From positions 792,121 to 856,120 of the forward strand of contig OY969899.1 in assembly GCA_963704365.1 (NCBI GenBank): a DNA stretch of 64,000 bases, in the 5' to 3' direction. The notes under the pieces were generated by a model, which searched no databases, was not told where the DNA came from, and saw only the letters and a program-made list of their open reading frames with translations. Made by a program: the position numbers and the translations under genes. Positions 55,052-63,541 of the stretch are shown in pieces; positions within the stretch are counted from its first letter, which is position 1; every line of letters begins with the position of its first letter. The stretch is from Parachlamydiales bacterium. GTDB lineage: Bacteria > Chlamydiota > Chlamydiia > Chlamydiales > JAJFMK01.

Positions 55052-57157
55052 ATGAATAAAAACAAAATCTGGCTCTTCGTTTTAATCGCGCTGTTTAGCT
55101 GCACAGAAATCCCAAGCTCCACGACAGAGGATGCCAATAAGAATCAGGAAGATCCCTACCTTTGGTTAGAAAAAATCGAGGATGAGCAGTCTCTTTCTTG
55201 GGTGCAAGCACAAAATACACGCAGCATACAAAGCCTCGAACATTCTCCCCATTTCGAGCCGATCCATCAACGACTACTCTCTATTTTAAATTCAAACGAG
55301 CGTATCCCCTCCATACAGAAAGCCGGAAATTACTGTTACAATGTATGGCGAGATGATAGCCATGTTCGCGGCCTTTTGCGAAGAACAACCCTTGAAGAGT
55401 ATGCAAAAGAACCTATTACTTGGGAAAACGTACTTGATCTGGATGCACTTGCAGAAGCAGAAAATGAGAATTGGACTCTTAAAGAACTACAGTTCCTTTA
55501 TCCAAGCTATGACCGTTTAATCATCTCCTTATCCCGAGGAGGGGCAGATGCAACTGTCGTTCGAGAATTTGATTTAGATCATAAGAAATTTGTCCCAGAA
55601 GGTTTTTATCTTCCTGAAGCAAAAAGCTCCGTATGCTGGAAAGATAAAAACACCCTCTATGTGGGGACAAATTTTGGACCTGATTCCTTGACCGATTCTG
55701 GCTATCCCAAAATGGTGAAAGAATGGACACGTGGAACGCCTCTCACAGAAGCTAAGCTGATTTTTGAAGGGGACAAACAGGACGTATTCATCTTTAGTTG
55801 GGTTGCACACGACCATGGACATGCCTATGAGGCCATCTCACAAGCTCCAACACTTTTTGAAAACAATGTCTATCTCAAGAGGGACGATCAATGGGTAAAA
55901 ATAGATAAGCCAGCAGATGCTCGCCTTGAAACCTATGGAGAGCATCTCTTACTTACCCTGCAATCAGACTGGACCGTAAAGGATAAAACCTATCCTGCTG
56001 GAGCCTTGCTTGCCTTAGAGTGTGAAAAATATCTAGAAGGTGATCGTTCCTTTCATGTTCTGTTTGAACCTACAGAAAAAGCCTCTTTAGATGGGACAAG
56101 CAGTACAAAAAATTACCTCATCCTCAACATTCTTGAAAAAATTCGAAATAAAATAGTCCTTTACAGGTGCGAAAATGGGGTCTGGGTAAGAGAAGATTTT
56201 GATGCCCCTCTTTTTGGATCGGTGGGGATCGGTGGAATAGATCCCGATGAATCTGATGCCTATTTCATGGAGCATAGCGATTATCTCACCCCGACAAGTT
56301 TGTGGATGGGAGATTTGGCAAATGGCTCTCGGATAAAATTGAAGAGCCTCCCCTCCTACTTCGACTCAAGTGATCTGCAGATCGAACAACACGAAGCGCT
56401 CTCCAAAGACGGCACTAAAATTCCCTATTTTCAAGTCAGCAAAAAAGGGATGCCGTTGGATAACAGCCGCCCTACCCTACTCTATGGCTACGGTGGATTT
56501 CAGGTTTCTCTACAGCCAAGTTATCACCCCATTCATGGAGCAGCCTGGCTGGAACAAGGAGGCGTCTATGTGGAAGCCAACATACGTGGAGGAGGAGAAT
56601 TTGGACCTAAATGGCACCAAGCCGCGCGTAAAGAGAATAAACAATGCTCCTATGATGATTTCATCGCTGTGGCTGAAGATTTAATCGCAAGAGGTGTCAC
56701 TTCCCCTAACCACTTAGGGATACAGGGTGGTTCTAACGGAGGGCTATTGATGGGGGTGATGCTCACTCAACGTCCAGAGCTTTGGAAAGCTGTCTTATGC
56801 CATGTTCCCCTTCTTGACATGAAGCGGTACCACAAGCTTTTGGCCGGGGCTAGCTGGATGAGTGAATATGGTGACCCTGACAAAGAAGAGGAATGGGCTT
56901 TCCTTGAAAAATATTCCCCTTACCATAACCTCCGTGAAGATGTGACCTACCCGCTCGTGTTTTTCACCACCTCAACACGGGATGATCGGGTCCACCCTGG
57001 GCATGCTCGGAAAATGGCAGCAAAAATGTTAGAACAGGGATGCCAAGTCCTCTACTATGAAAACACCGAGGGAGGGCATGCCGGCGCTGCAAATAACAAG
57101 CAAATTGCCTACCAAAAAACTCTTGAATTCATGTTTTTAAACCAGCAGCTCCGATAA
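55052..57157 (+). CDS. prolyl oligopeptidase (S9A) with lipoprotein-type signal
   Basis: The start MNKNKIWLFVLIALFSC includes a lipobox. N-terminal beta-propeller region, then GGSNGGLL (GxSxGG) and a C-terminal D/H region (RDDRVHP..GGH). Confidence 0.9.
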   Translation: MNKNKIWLFVLIALFSCTEIPSSTTEDANKNQEDPYLWLEKIEDEQSLSWVQAQNTRSIQSLEHSPHFEPIHQRLLSILNSNERIPSIQKAGNYCYNVWRDDSHVRGLLRRTTLEEYAKEPITWENVLDLDALAEAENENWTLKELQFLYPSYDRLIISLSRGGADATVVREFDLDHKKFVPEGFYLPEAKSSVCWKDKNTLYVGTNFGPDSLTDSGYPKMVKEWTRGTPLTEAKLIFEGDKQDVFIFSWVAHDHGHAYEAISQAPTLFENNVYLKRDDQWVKIDKPADARLETYGEHLLLTLQSDWTVKDKTYPAGALLALECEKYLEGDRSFHVLFEPTEKASLDGTSSTKNYLILNILEKIRNKIVLYRCENGVWVREDFDAPLFGSVGIGGIDPDESDAYFMEHSDYLTPTSLWMGDLANGSRIKLKSLPSYFDSSDLQIEQHEALSKDGTKIPYFQVSKKGMPLDNSRPTLLYGYGGFQVSLQPSYHPIHGAAWLEQGGVYVEANIRGGGEFGPKWHQAARKENKQCSYDDFIAVAEDLIARGVTSPNHLGIQGGSNGGLLMGVMLTQRPELWKAVLCHVPLLDMKRYHKLLAGASWMSEYGDPDKEEEWAFLEKYSPYHNLREDVTYPLVFFTTSTRDDRVHPGHARKMAAKMLEQGCQVLYYENTEGGHAGAANNKQIAYQKTLEFMFLNQQLR

Positions 57158-57304
57158 ACAGTTAGCTGAAACATGAGTAGGATACAATACTACTTACGAT
57201 CACAGTAAAATGAATCCCTTGTTAAATTAGAAAAAATAAATAAATATTTACTTTATAAAGTAGGTTTTGAGATAATTAAACAGGTTTAACTCTGGTGAAG
57301 CAAC

Positions 57305-59575
57305 ATGTCTATTGAACGATTAAGTCGTAGTTCCGCTATTGATATATTAGACATAGACGCCTTGGCTTCAGAGAAAAATGAAAAAAACCAGAGTAAATAT
57401 AGAATAATATCGGAACAAAATTTACAGGCAGTCGAAAAATTCACTTTTCTTTTCGATAAAGTTAGATATTACCTAGTTTCTCCAATTACGCTAATTAATC
57501 GTCTGTTTCATCAAATAGTCAATACAAGCGCTTTCAATGAAATAAAAAAAGTCACCAGAATATTTAGAGATTCTTTTGTACAAAACCTGCTTTTTCTTTC
57601 CCTCGCAGCTGCACCGTCGAAAGCTCATCCACTCACTTCTTCCGACAAATTACTATCTAGAAAGGTTGATTCTATTGCGGCTTGCACAGGCAGGGTTAAT
57701 CGAGCCAATCTTGCTGAACATATGCAAGTGATTGCCTCAAATTATTATGGGCAACCTTTTCCACATTATGACGAAATCTTAGTTGAATGTGATGGAAGAA
57801 AAATTCTTTGGAAACAACTCGCTCCTCAGCAAAAATTTAATGTTGTATACGAACATTCCCTTCCTCACAACAGGCCTAAACTAAAGAATAGCACCTTTTT
57901 CCCTAACGAAGAGGCTTGGGTTGCCCACATCGAATACCGTCTACTCAGGGGGAGTCATCATCCAGATGGAACGGCCGTTATCCCTGAAGGGTTAGAAAAT
58001 GATCCTCGTCAAAGCCATGGCACTGACCATGGGATGCGAGTAGGAATTTTCAGCGCAGTTTACGCTGGCCTGTATTGCAAATATGACCCCGAGGTCCATT
58101 TGACCCCCTCAGATCTTTTAGCCATTCAGCTTACTGGTGCCTTTCATGACACCGGTAGACAAGCAGAAGGGGTGGATATAGATGATAGAAGAAGTGCAGC
58201 CAACGCAGCTAAAGATCTAAAAAGATGGGGATTTTCTGACTTTTTCGTTAAAGAAAGTTCAAAAGCAATTGCGGAAAAAGACAATCAGAAGCTTTCGACT
58301 AAGCATGTCATCGCTAAATGCTTACAGTGTGCAGATTCGACTGAATATGGAAGAGTGGGGCTATTCAACCCTGCCTTTCTTGATATTTACAAGGAATTCA
58401 ATGGCTACACTGTAAGCCCTAAAGAAAGCTGGAATGAAAATATCGCTCAAAAGCCTCTAAGAGAGGGAAGAACTTTAACTGAATTTAATCAGGAACTAGC
58501 CGAACTCAACGAAGAAATGGCTAAGCTCATGAACGGCACTAAAGGCGATAGAGTGCGTGCTCAACTTTCTCAACCAGGCAAGAATTACTATTCAGAAATA
58601 TTAAAGGCGATCAATTCACTGGATCACCCTCGAATCTACGCGATGTTATCTGAAATGGGTGTCATACAAGAGCCAAAATTTCTAGAGGTCGTTCCAACAT
58701 TTTCCAGACAAATCGATCAAGCCCAGGCTGGGTCTAAAGCCCTCACAACCGTTCACTCTGTATCTGAAAAAGGGGAATTATTTCCCGACACGTTGACTAA
58801 GATTAAATTTGTCTCAACGCTCGGAGGTAGCACAGGAGCGTTAAAGGTGCAGGATCAAAACGGAACAATTTACGCCAAGAAAACATCTGAAATAACAGGC
58901 AATCCTGACCATTTAAAAGCTGAATACCACACGAATAAAGCCTATCAAGCTTTAGGGGTTAAAGTTCCACAAGTCGCGCTATACCACGCAACCACAAGCA
59001 ATAGGATCAAAGCTGGAGAAGAAAAAATAACTTTTGAAGGTATCGATGGAGACAAACCTGTCATGCTCTCTAAATTTGTTCCAGAAACTTCAGTCGATCT
59101 TGATCTATATTTTAAAAATATACGAGAAAAAAAAGATCATGCTGTTGAGGTAAAAAGAGTTCAAGATGCAGCCAAGAAAGGTTTTGTCGCTGACTGTCTG
59201 TTAGCTAACTGGGATGTCGCTGGATTATACTTCGACAATATGAAATATGATGCTCAAACAGAGGAAATCTGGCGGATTGACAATGGGTCTGGACTCAACT
59301 TTAGAGCTCAAGGTGAGAAAAAAGATCCAAAATATTTCACCTCTACTATCCAAGAATTTGAAACCTTGCGCGACCCCAAGATCAATCCCAACACCTCTTT
59401 CCTGTTTAAGACCCTTACAAAGGATGAGATCGTCCAACAAATTAATGACATTCTCCCCAATAGAGAAGCTTTTTTAGCCACTATTCCCGCTCATCTGAAA
59501 GAAATCATGGGACAACGTTTTGACTATCTGAATGTTTACAAACAGAAGTTACTGCGTTTAAAAAGTAGGCTGTGA
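57305..59575 (+). CDS. HD-domain + atypical kinase-like domain protein
   Basis: HGTDHGMRVGIFSAV...LTGAFHDTGRQ (the H...HD pattern of HD phosphohydrolases). The C-terminal ..IYAKK...VMLSKFV...VADCLLANWDVAGLYFDNM...WRIDNGSGLNFRAQG has a kinase-like Lys/hinge/catalytic/DxG layout. Confidence 0.75.
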   Translation: MSIERLSRSSAIDILDIDALASEKNEKNQSKYRIISEQNLQAVEKFTFLFDKVRYYLVSPITLINRLFHQIVNTSAFNEIKKVTRIFRDSFVQNLLFLSLAAAPSKAHPLTSSDKLLSRKVDSIAACTGRVNRANLAEHMQVIASNYYGQPFPHYDEILVECDGRKILWKQLAPQQKFNVVYEHSLPHNRPKLKNSTFFPNEEAWVAHIEYRLLRGSHHPDGTAVIPEGLENDPRQSHGTDHGMRVGIFSAVYAGLYCKYDPEVHLTPSDLLAIQLTGAFHDTGRQAEGVDIDDRRSAANAAKDLKRWGFSDFFVKESSKAIAEKDNQKLSTKHVIAKCLQCADSTEYGRVGLFNPAFLDIYKEFNGYTVSPKESWNENIAQKPLREGRTLTEFNQELAELNEEMAKLMNGTKGDRVRAQLSQPGKNYYSEILKAINSLDHPRIYAMLSEMGVIQEPKFLEVVPTFSRQIDQAQAGSKALTTVHSVSEKGELFPDTLTKIKFVSTLGGSTGALKVQDQNGTIYAKKTSEITGNPDHLKAEYHTNKAYQALGVKVPQVALYHATTSNRIKAGEEKITFEGIDGDKPVMLSKFVPETSVDLDLYFKNIREKKDHAVEVKRVQDAAKKGFVADCLLANWDVAGLYFDNMKYDAQTEEIWRIDNGSGLNFRAQGEKKDPKYFTSTIQEFETLRDPKINPNTSFLFKTLTKDEIVQQINDILPNREAFLATIPAHLKEIMGQRFDYLNVYKQKLLRLKSRL

Positions 59576-59675
59576 AATTAAACGGTAAGGGAAGGGATTT
59601 CGTCTGTTTCGCAGTGCGCTTCGCGGAAATAGCAGCAAAAATTGTGAGCCCCTTCCATATTTTTTACTTGAGCGA

Positions 59676-60211
59676 TTATTTAATATTAGAAATCCGATTT
59701 AGGAATTCTTTGTACTTAACCAGATGCCCCTCTTTTTTTGACCAATCTTTGATATCCTCAAGATTGACTGAACAATGAGCAGTGACTAACAAAGCTTGTT
59801 CTAATGCTTGCGGGTCATTCCAGTGGAAGAAAGCGGCAAGCCGATCTTTAACGCAATCTGAAGGTGTTAGAAGAACAAGTGTACCAAGATTTGTCTGAAG
59901 CCGCTCAAATTTTTAACAAACTCCTCTCCTACAGCTATAGGAGTGTTAACGAAGTCTATAAAAAAAGGGCAGTCTTTTCTTACAAAATATTTCCCCCTTT
60001 TATCAAAACCAAGTTTTTTCAAAATCAACCCTACCTTATTGAGATCGTTGTAAGTTGCAAAATCTAAATCATGAGATTGATAATGATTTTCTGAATAAAT
60101 TGTCACGCAAGCACCTCCTACCAGAACTGCTTCTACACTATTTTGAGCTAGATTTGCACAAACTAATGCTGCAAGTTGTTTTGCGTCGATAGTGGAAAAA
60201 TCTATGGCCAT
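59676..60211 (-). pseudogene. nucleotidyltransferase-fold protein, -1 frame break at an A5 run (plus-strand T5 at 59910-59914)
   Basis: VLVGGACVTIYSENHYQSHDLDF (G-G...D-x-D NTase motif) lies in ORF 59867..60211. An unlisted frame continues ..LVLLTPSDCVKDRLAAFFHWNDPQALEQALLV..DIKDWSKKEGHLVKYKEFLNRI to the stop at 59676. Confidence 0.65.
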
Positions 60212-60217
60212 GGTTCC

Positions 60218-60559
60218 TTAAAGAGGTTTGCCTGTTTTCCGGGGTCTTTTTCTTTTTTTTGACTGATAATACTGCTCTTGGATCTCTTTTGGAAGATACT
60301 CATCCATTTTTTTTGCAAGATTCTGGACTTCTTTTAGAAAAGGGTAACGAGGATTCCACTCAAAAATGCGAGTTTTGCCCTCGAGAAAGCTCACAAGCAA
60401 ACCTCCCCACTCCAACTTCAACAGTGTTTTCTGGATAGGATCCAAGGCAGAATCAAAACATTTACTCAGCTCAGTTGCATTGCACTTTCCATGTAAGTAG
60501 AGAAAGTACAAGACTTTCTCTACATTCTTGTTGGCAAAGAGATACTCTAGCATATTCAA
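60218..60559 (-). CDS. winged-HTH protein (candidate antitoxin/regulator of the NTase gene)
   Basis: 113 aa, wHTH-like (..CNATELSKCFDSALDPIQKTLLKLEWGGLLVS..) with a basic tail. It lies 6 nt upstream of the NTase-fold gene. Confidence 0.7.
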   Translation of the reverse strand: MNMLEYLFANKNVEKVLYFLYLHGKCNATELSKCFDSALDPIQKTLLKLEWGGLLVSFLEGKTRIFEWNPRYPFLKEVQNLAKKMDEYLPKEIQEQYYQSKKRKRPRKTGKPL

Positions 60560-60771
60560 CCTACTTAATAGGTTATATAACCTACTTTATAGGTTTCTGT
60601 CTATCTTTCGCTATGTGATTGATAGTGAGCAATTTCATCCCTTTGCCAGGCAGTACTGAAAAAAACAATCGTGTTGCCTCTATTTTAGGTTCTGAATTGA
60701 TACCAGAATTTACCTCGAGGCAAATTCGTAAAATCTTCGGAGAGGGGTATAGAAAAAATGGATAGTGAACC

Positions 60772-61965
60772 TCAAGAAAATTCCCAACCGAAATATCTGT
60801 ATACAACAGGTTTAATAGAGCGAATCCTTGAAAGCATGAATGAAATAAATGCCTTTTCTTTTCCTGGATAGAACTCCTCTGCCATACGATTCAAGTATGC
60901 TTCCACCCTCTCTTGAGAAATGTTTTCGCATCTTTCGAAAAAATCCTGGAGAATTCGGTTCTCTGGTGAAATTCTTGGCCTTCTTTTCATCTCTTCTGCA
61001 AATGACGAGGATACACGGACATATAGCTTTTCACCCCCCTGACCTCTTCTGCTTACTACAGAATCGGTTAGATGACGATCTGTTCCCAAATCCAAGTAGT
61101 CAACAGGATCTTGGTGCAAATCAAACAAAGCAAAAGCTTGTCCTTTGTCTAGACTTATAACGCCTCCCTCCCTGTTTAAACCGTATTGCCCCTGATGCGT
61201 GTCGAAATTAAAAATAATACAGTCTGCAATCACATGACAAAATAATTGATGGATTTGTTTTTCATTTAAAAAATCGAAGTTGAATATTTCACCTTCTACA
61301 AGAGCTGTAAATGGACCGGTATCTAGGTCTAGAAAGGGTTGAAATGTCCCTTCTTGATAGACACTATGCTCATCTTTGCGCCTTCCCATGCAAGCAACGG
61401 GGACTGCTCCCCCTGTCAGGTAGGCTGCTAGGGGCGATGCTGAAACCTCACTCAGATTCTCTTTCGGTTGCCCCTCTTTCCATAAGACCATTTGTCCGTT
61501 TGGCAATCGAATTTGTAAATTTGTACTCCACTCCCCTACAATTTCTTTGACCAAGTCTCCTTCAATAATGGTACTCGCTACAACAGGGCTACCCATGAAC
61601 TTGCGATATAAAGTGGTAAAAGCGGGTATTAAGATGGGAAGCATGAACGTGAAAAGAATGCTAACTTGTAAAGCAGTTCTTTCAGGACATTTCTTTCTGC
61701 AGAGTAGTAGTAGAAAGAGAGAACCCATTTCGTAAGCAATAATCCTCATGGATCTTCGAAATGGTGAAGGAGATATATAGCGGAGTTCCACTAACGATCC
61801 CCGAACATTCTCCTCGCGCAAAACAGACTGTGCGATTTGACCTGTAAAGTTACAAAGGTCTTGTATTTTCGACAGAAACGGCCCAACAAGCGGTACAGGT
61901 GGGTTCCAGGTCACAGGGACAAAAGATCCAATTCTCATCATGCTATTCATTATCCACTCTCTCAA
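60772..61965 (-). CDS. membrane-anchored atypical kinase-like protein
   Basis: Bilobed hydrophobic region (MGSLFLLLLC...LQVSILFTFMLPILIPAFTTLY), then IADCIIFNFDTHQGQYGL...VISLDKGQAF resembling PI3/4-kinase-like catalytic and activation segments. Confidence 0.7.
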   Translation of the reverse strand: MREWIMNSMMRIGSFVPVTWNPPVPLVGPFLSKIQDLCNFTGQIAQSVLREENVRGSLVELRYISPSPFRRSMRIIAYEMGSLFLLLLCRKKCPERTALQVSILFTFMLPILIPAFTTLYRKFMGSPVVASTIIEGDLVKEIVGEWSTNLQIRLPNGQMVLWKEGQPKENLSEVSASPLAAYLTGGAVPVACMGRRKDEHSVYQEGTFQPFLDLDTGPFTALVEGEIFNFDFLNEKQIHQLFCHVIADCIIFNFDTHQGQYGLNREGGVISLDKGQAFALFDLHQDPVDYLDLGTDRHLTDSVVSRRGQGGEKLYVRVSSSFAEEMKRRPRISPENRILQDFFERCENISQERVEAYLNRMAEEFYPGKEKAFISFMLSRIRSIKPVVYRYFGWEFS

Positions 61966-62175
61966 AATTTATAAAATTTACAGCATAGAATTGGGGGCTC
62001 GGCCCCCCAACTTTTAGCTTGAGCAAATTCGTAAGATCTTGTGAGGCCTTTATACATTCTCTCTCTCTTTAGGTAGGGCTTGCTTTTCAGTATGTAGGAA
62101 TAGCGCTACGGTGACCAGCTTCAATTAACACCTCTCTTTCTAAGACAACAGGGATAGGCAGGCGATCGTTTATCA

Positions 62176-62610
62176 TTAACTTAATAGCAAAGGTCTTCTG
62201 AGAGGATTTGCTGCGTGCATTAGCTGGGCATATTTGTCTAAACTCGGGCGTACTTGTGCTCTTTCGTAACGTGCATAAGCGTTGGGTGATTTTGAATTTA
62301 ATCTCTCCGAAACATCGCGGATTGTAGAGCCGCTCTTTTCTCTTTGCCTTTTTAAACCTAAGGCAAAAAGCAATTTAGCATCCGATGCTCCAATACCTAT
62401 TACCCCCTCTTCGTAAAGATTCACATCGAATCGAAAATTTTTTCCTATTAAATCTTTATATGAATCTTTCAAAAGCTCTAAAACAGCATCCTTCAACATC
62501 TCCAGAGCTTGTTTCCTTGTTTTCCCTTGAGTCATGACATCCAGAAAGGACACTTCCACAAGCCACCAGGAACTCTTTTCATCCTTCCAAACTCTACCTT
62601 CAAGTTCCAT
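62176..62610 (-). CDS. hicB: HicB-family antitoxin with C-terminal XRE-type HTH
   Basis: The N-terminus WWLVEVSFLDVMTQGKTRKQALEMLKDAV (HicB fold pattern) plus the HTH GSTIRDVSERLNSKSPNAYARYE. RBS aggaggg. Confidence 0.8.
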   Translation of the reverse strand: MELEGRVWKDEKSSWWLVEVSFLDVMTQGKTRKQALEMLKDAVLELLKDSYKDLIGKNFRFDVNLYEEGVIGIGASDAKLLFALGLKRQREKSGSTIRDVSERLNSKSPNAYARYERAQVRPSLDKYAQLMHAANPLRRPLLLS

Positions 62611-62613
62611 ATT

Positions 62614-62806
62614 TTACTCTTCCCTCCTAGGAGGGTTGTTTTTTGCTTTGTTTATAATTTTTTTCGCTAAAAGCTCGTTTATTTCTTTGTACCTCGGAAC
62701 AGGTTCCGTTTCTTCGCCCATTGGTCCATATCTCATGACCGCCACCTTGACGTTTTAACCACCAACCTAAGTCAGTCAGCGCCTTTTCCAAGTCTCTTTT
62801 CTTCAT
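62614..62806 (-). pseudogene. hicA: HicA-family toxin with a +1 frame break near 62702-62716
   Basis: MKKRDLEKALTDLGWWLKRQGGGHEIWTNG in the listed frame. The conserved C-terminus TEPVPRYKEINELLAKKIINKA is only readable in the +1 frame, which stops at 62614-62616 just before the hicB ATG. Confidence 0.75.
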
Positions 62807-62890
62807 ACCGGAAATGTACACATTTATGTGAACAGAGTCAAATTAATACCAGACTCGGCATTTTTTAATAAAATCTAATTTAAGCAGCTT

Positions 62891-63386
62891 TTAACCCAAT
62901 AAAAAATCTGTCAAATTTTGTCCTTTCTTGAGATTTATAGAATTTGGCAGCAGATTGTTGTAGGCAACGGATATTCCGATAACGACTTCAGTGTTAAAGT
63001 CGCAACAGATAATAAAATCGCTGTGATTTTCCACAACAGACCAACTGATGCTGGTGATAAACAAGGCTTTCTCATCGACACAGCAAAAGGAAAAATTAAA
63101 GCGGTAGTCATTCGTACACCGGATAGGACACAAGACGCTGCCAATCAGGCCATAAGACAAGTTTTCGGTAGCACTGCCAAAGAACTCCCTGGCATAAGAA
63201 GACCATCTTTTCCACAAGAATGACCACTTTGCAGCACCTATAAGGCAATTGAGTTAGCCACAACATGAATTTTTGGTAACCTTCAAATGTGTCCCTTGCC
63301 GTTAAATCACCGACTATAATCAGAATATCGCCTCCTAGTAGAGCTGGAGTGTATCCATGAAGATTTGAAATACAATCAATTAACAT
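62891..63386 (-). pseudogene. degraded metallophosphoesterase-like gene
   Basis: The N-terminus MLIDCISNLHGYTPALLGGDILIIVGDLT...WLTQLPYR..KVVIL resembles calcineurin-like phosphoesterases (D->N in motif 1). No GNHD/E motif is present. The reading frame changes at least once and ends early (..INLKKGQNL..). Confidence 0.35.
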
Positions 63387-63465
63387 TAGAGTTTACCCGG
63401 TACAAGTAAAGGCAAAGGCTCCCATGTAATAAAAGGCCTAACGCGACTTTTGTATCTACAACCAA

Positions 63466-63541
63466 TGGGGGTGGTTGGATTCGAACCAACGTAAACCGAA
63501 GTCGTCGGATTTACAGTCCGAAGGAACCCTAATCCTTCCAG
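63466..63541 (-). tRNA. tRNA-Tyr(GUA)-like sequence lacking the 5' acceptor strand (partial or pseudo-tRNA)
   Basis: On the minus strand: D arm GGAA-GGAUUAGGG-UUCC, anticodon arm UCGGA-CUGUAAA-UCCGA, long variable arm with UUCG, T arm GUUGG-UUCGAAU-CCAAC, and 3' acceptor strand CACCCCC-A. The 7 nt where GGGGGUG should be read CGAUGUA. No CCA is encoded. Confidence 0.6.

Noticed and set aside
63466-63541. tmRNA (ssrA) 3' end, suggested by the ..CCACCCCCA terminus
   Set aside because: The sequence has a full anticodon arm with GUA and a class-II variable arm, which tmRNA lacks. The acceptor strand would give G3-C70 rather than G3-U70.
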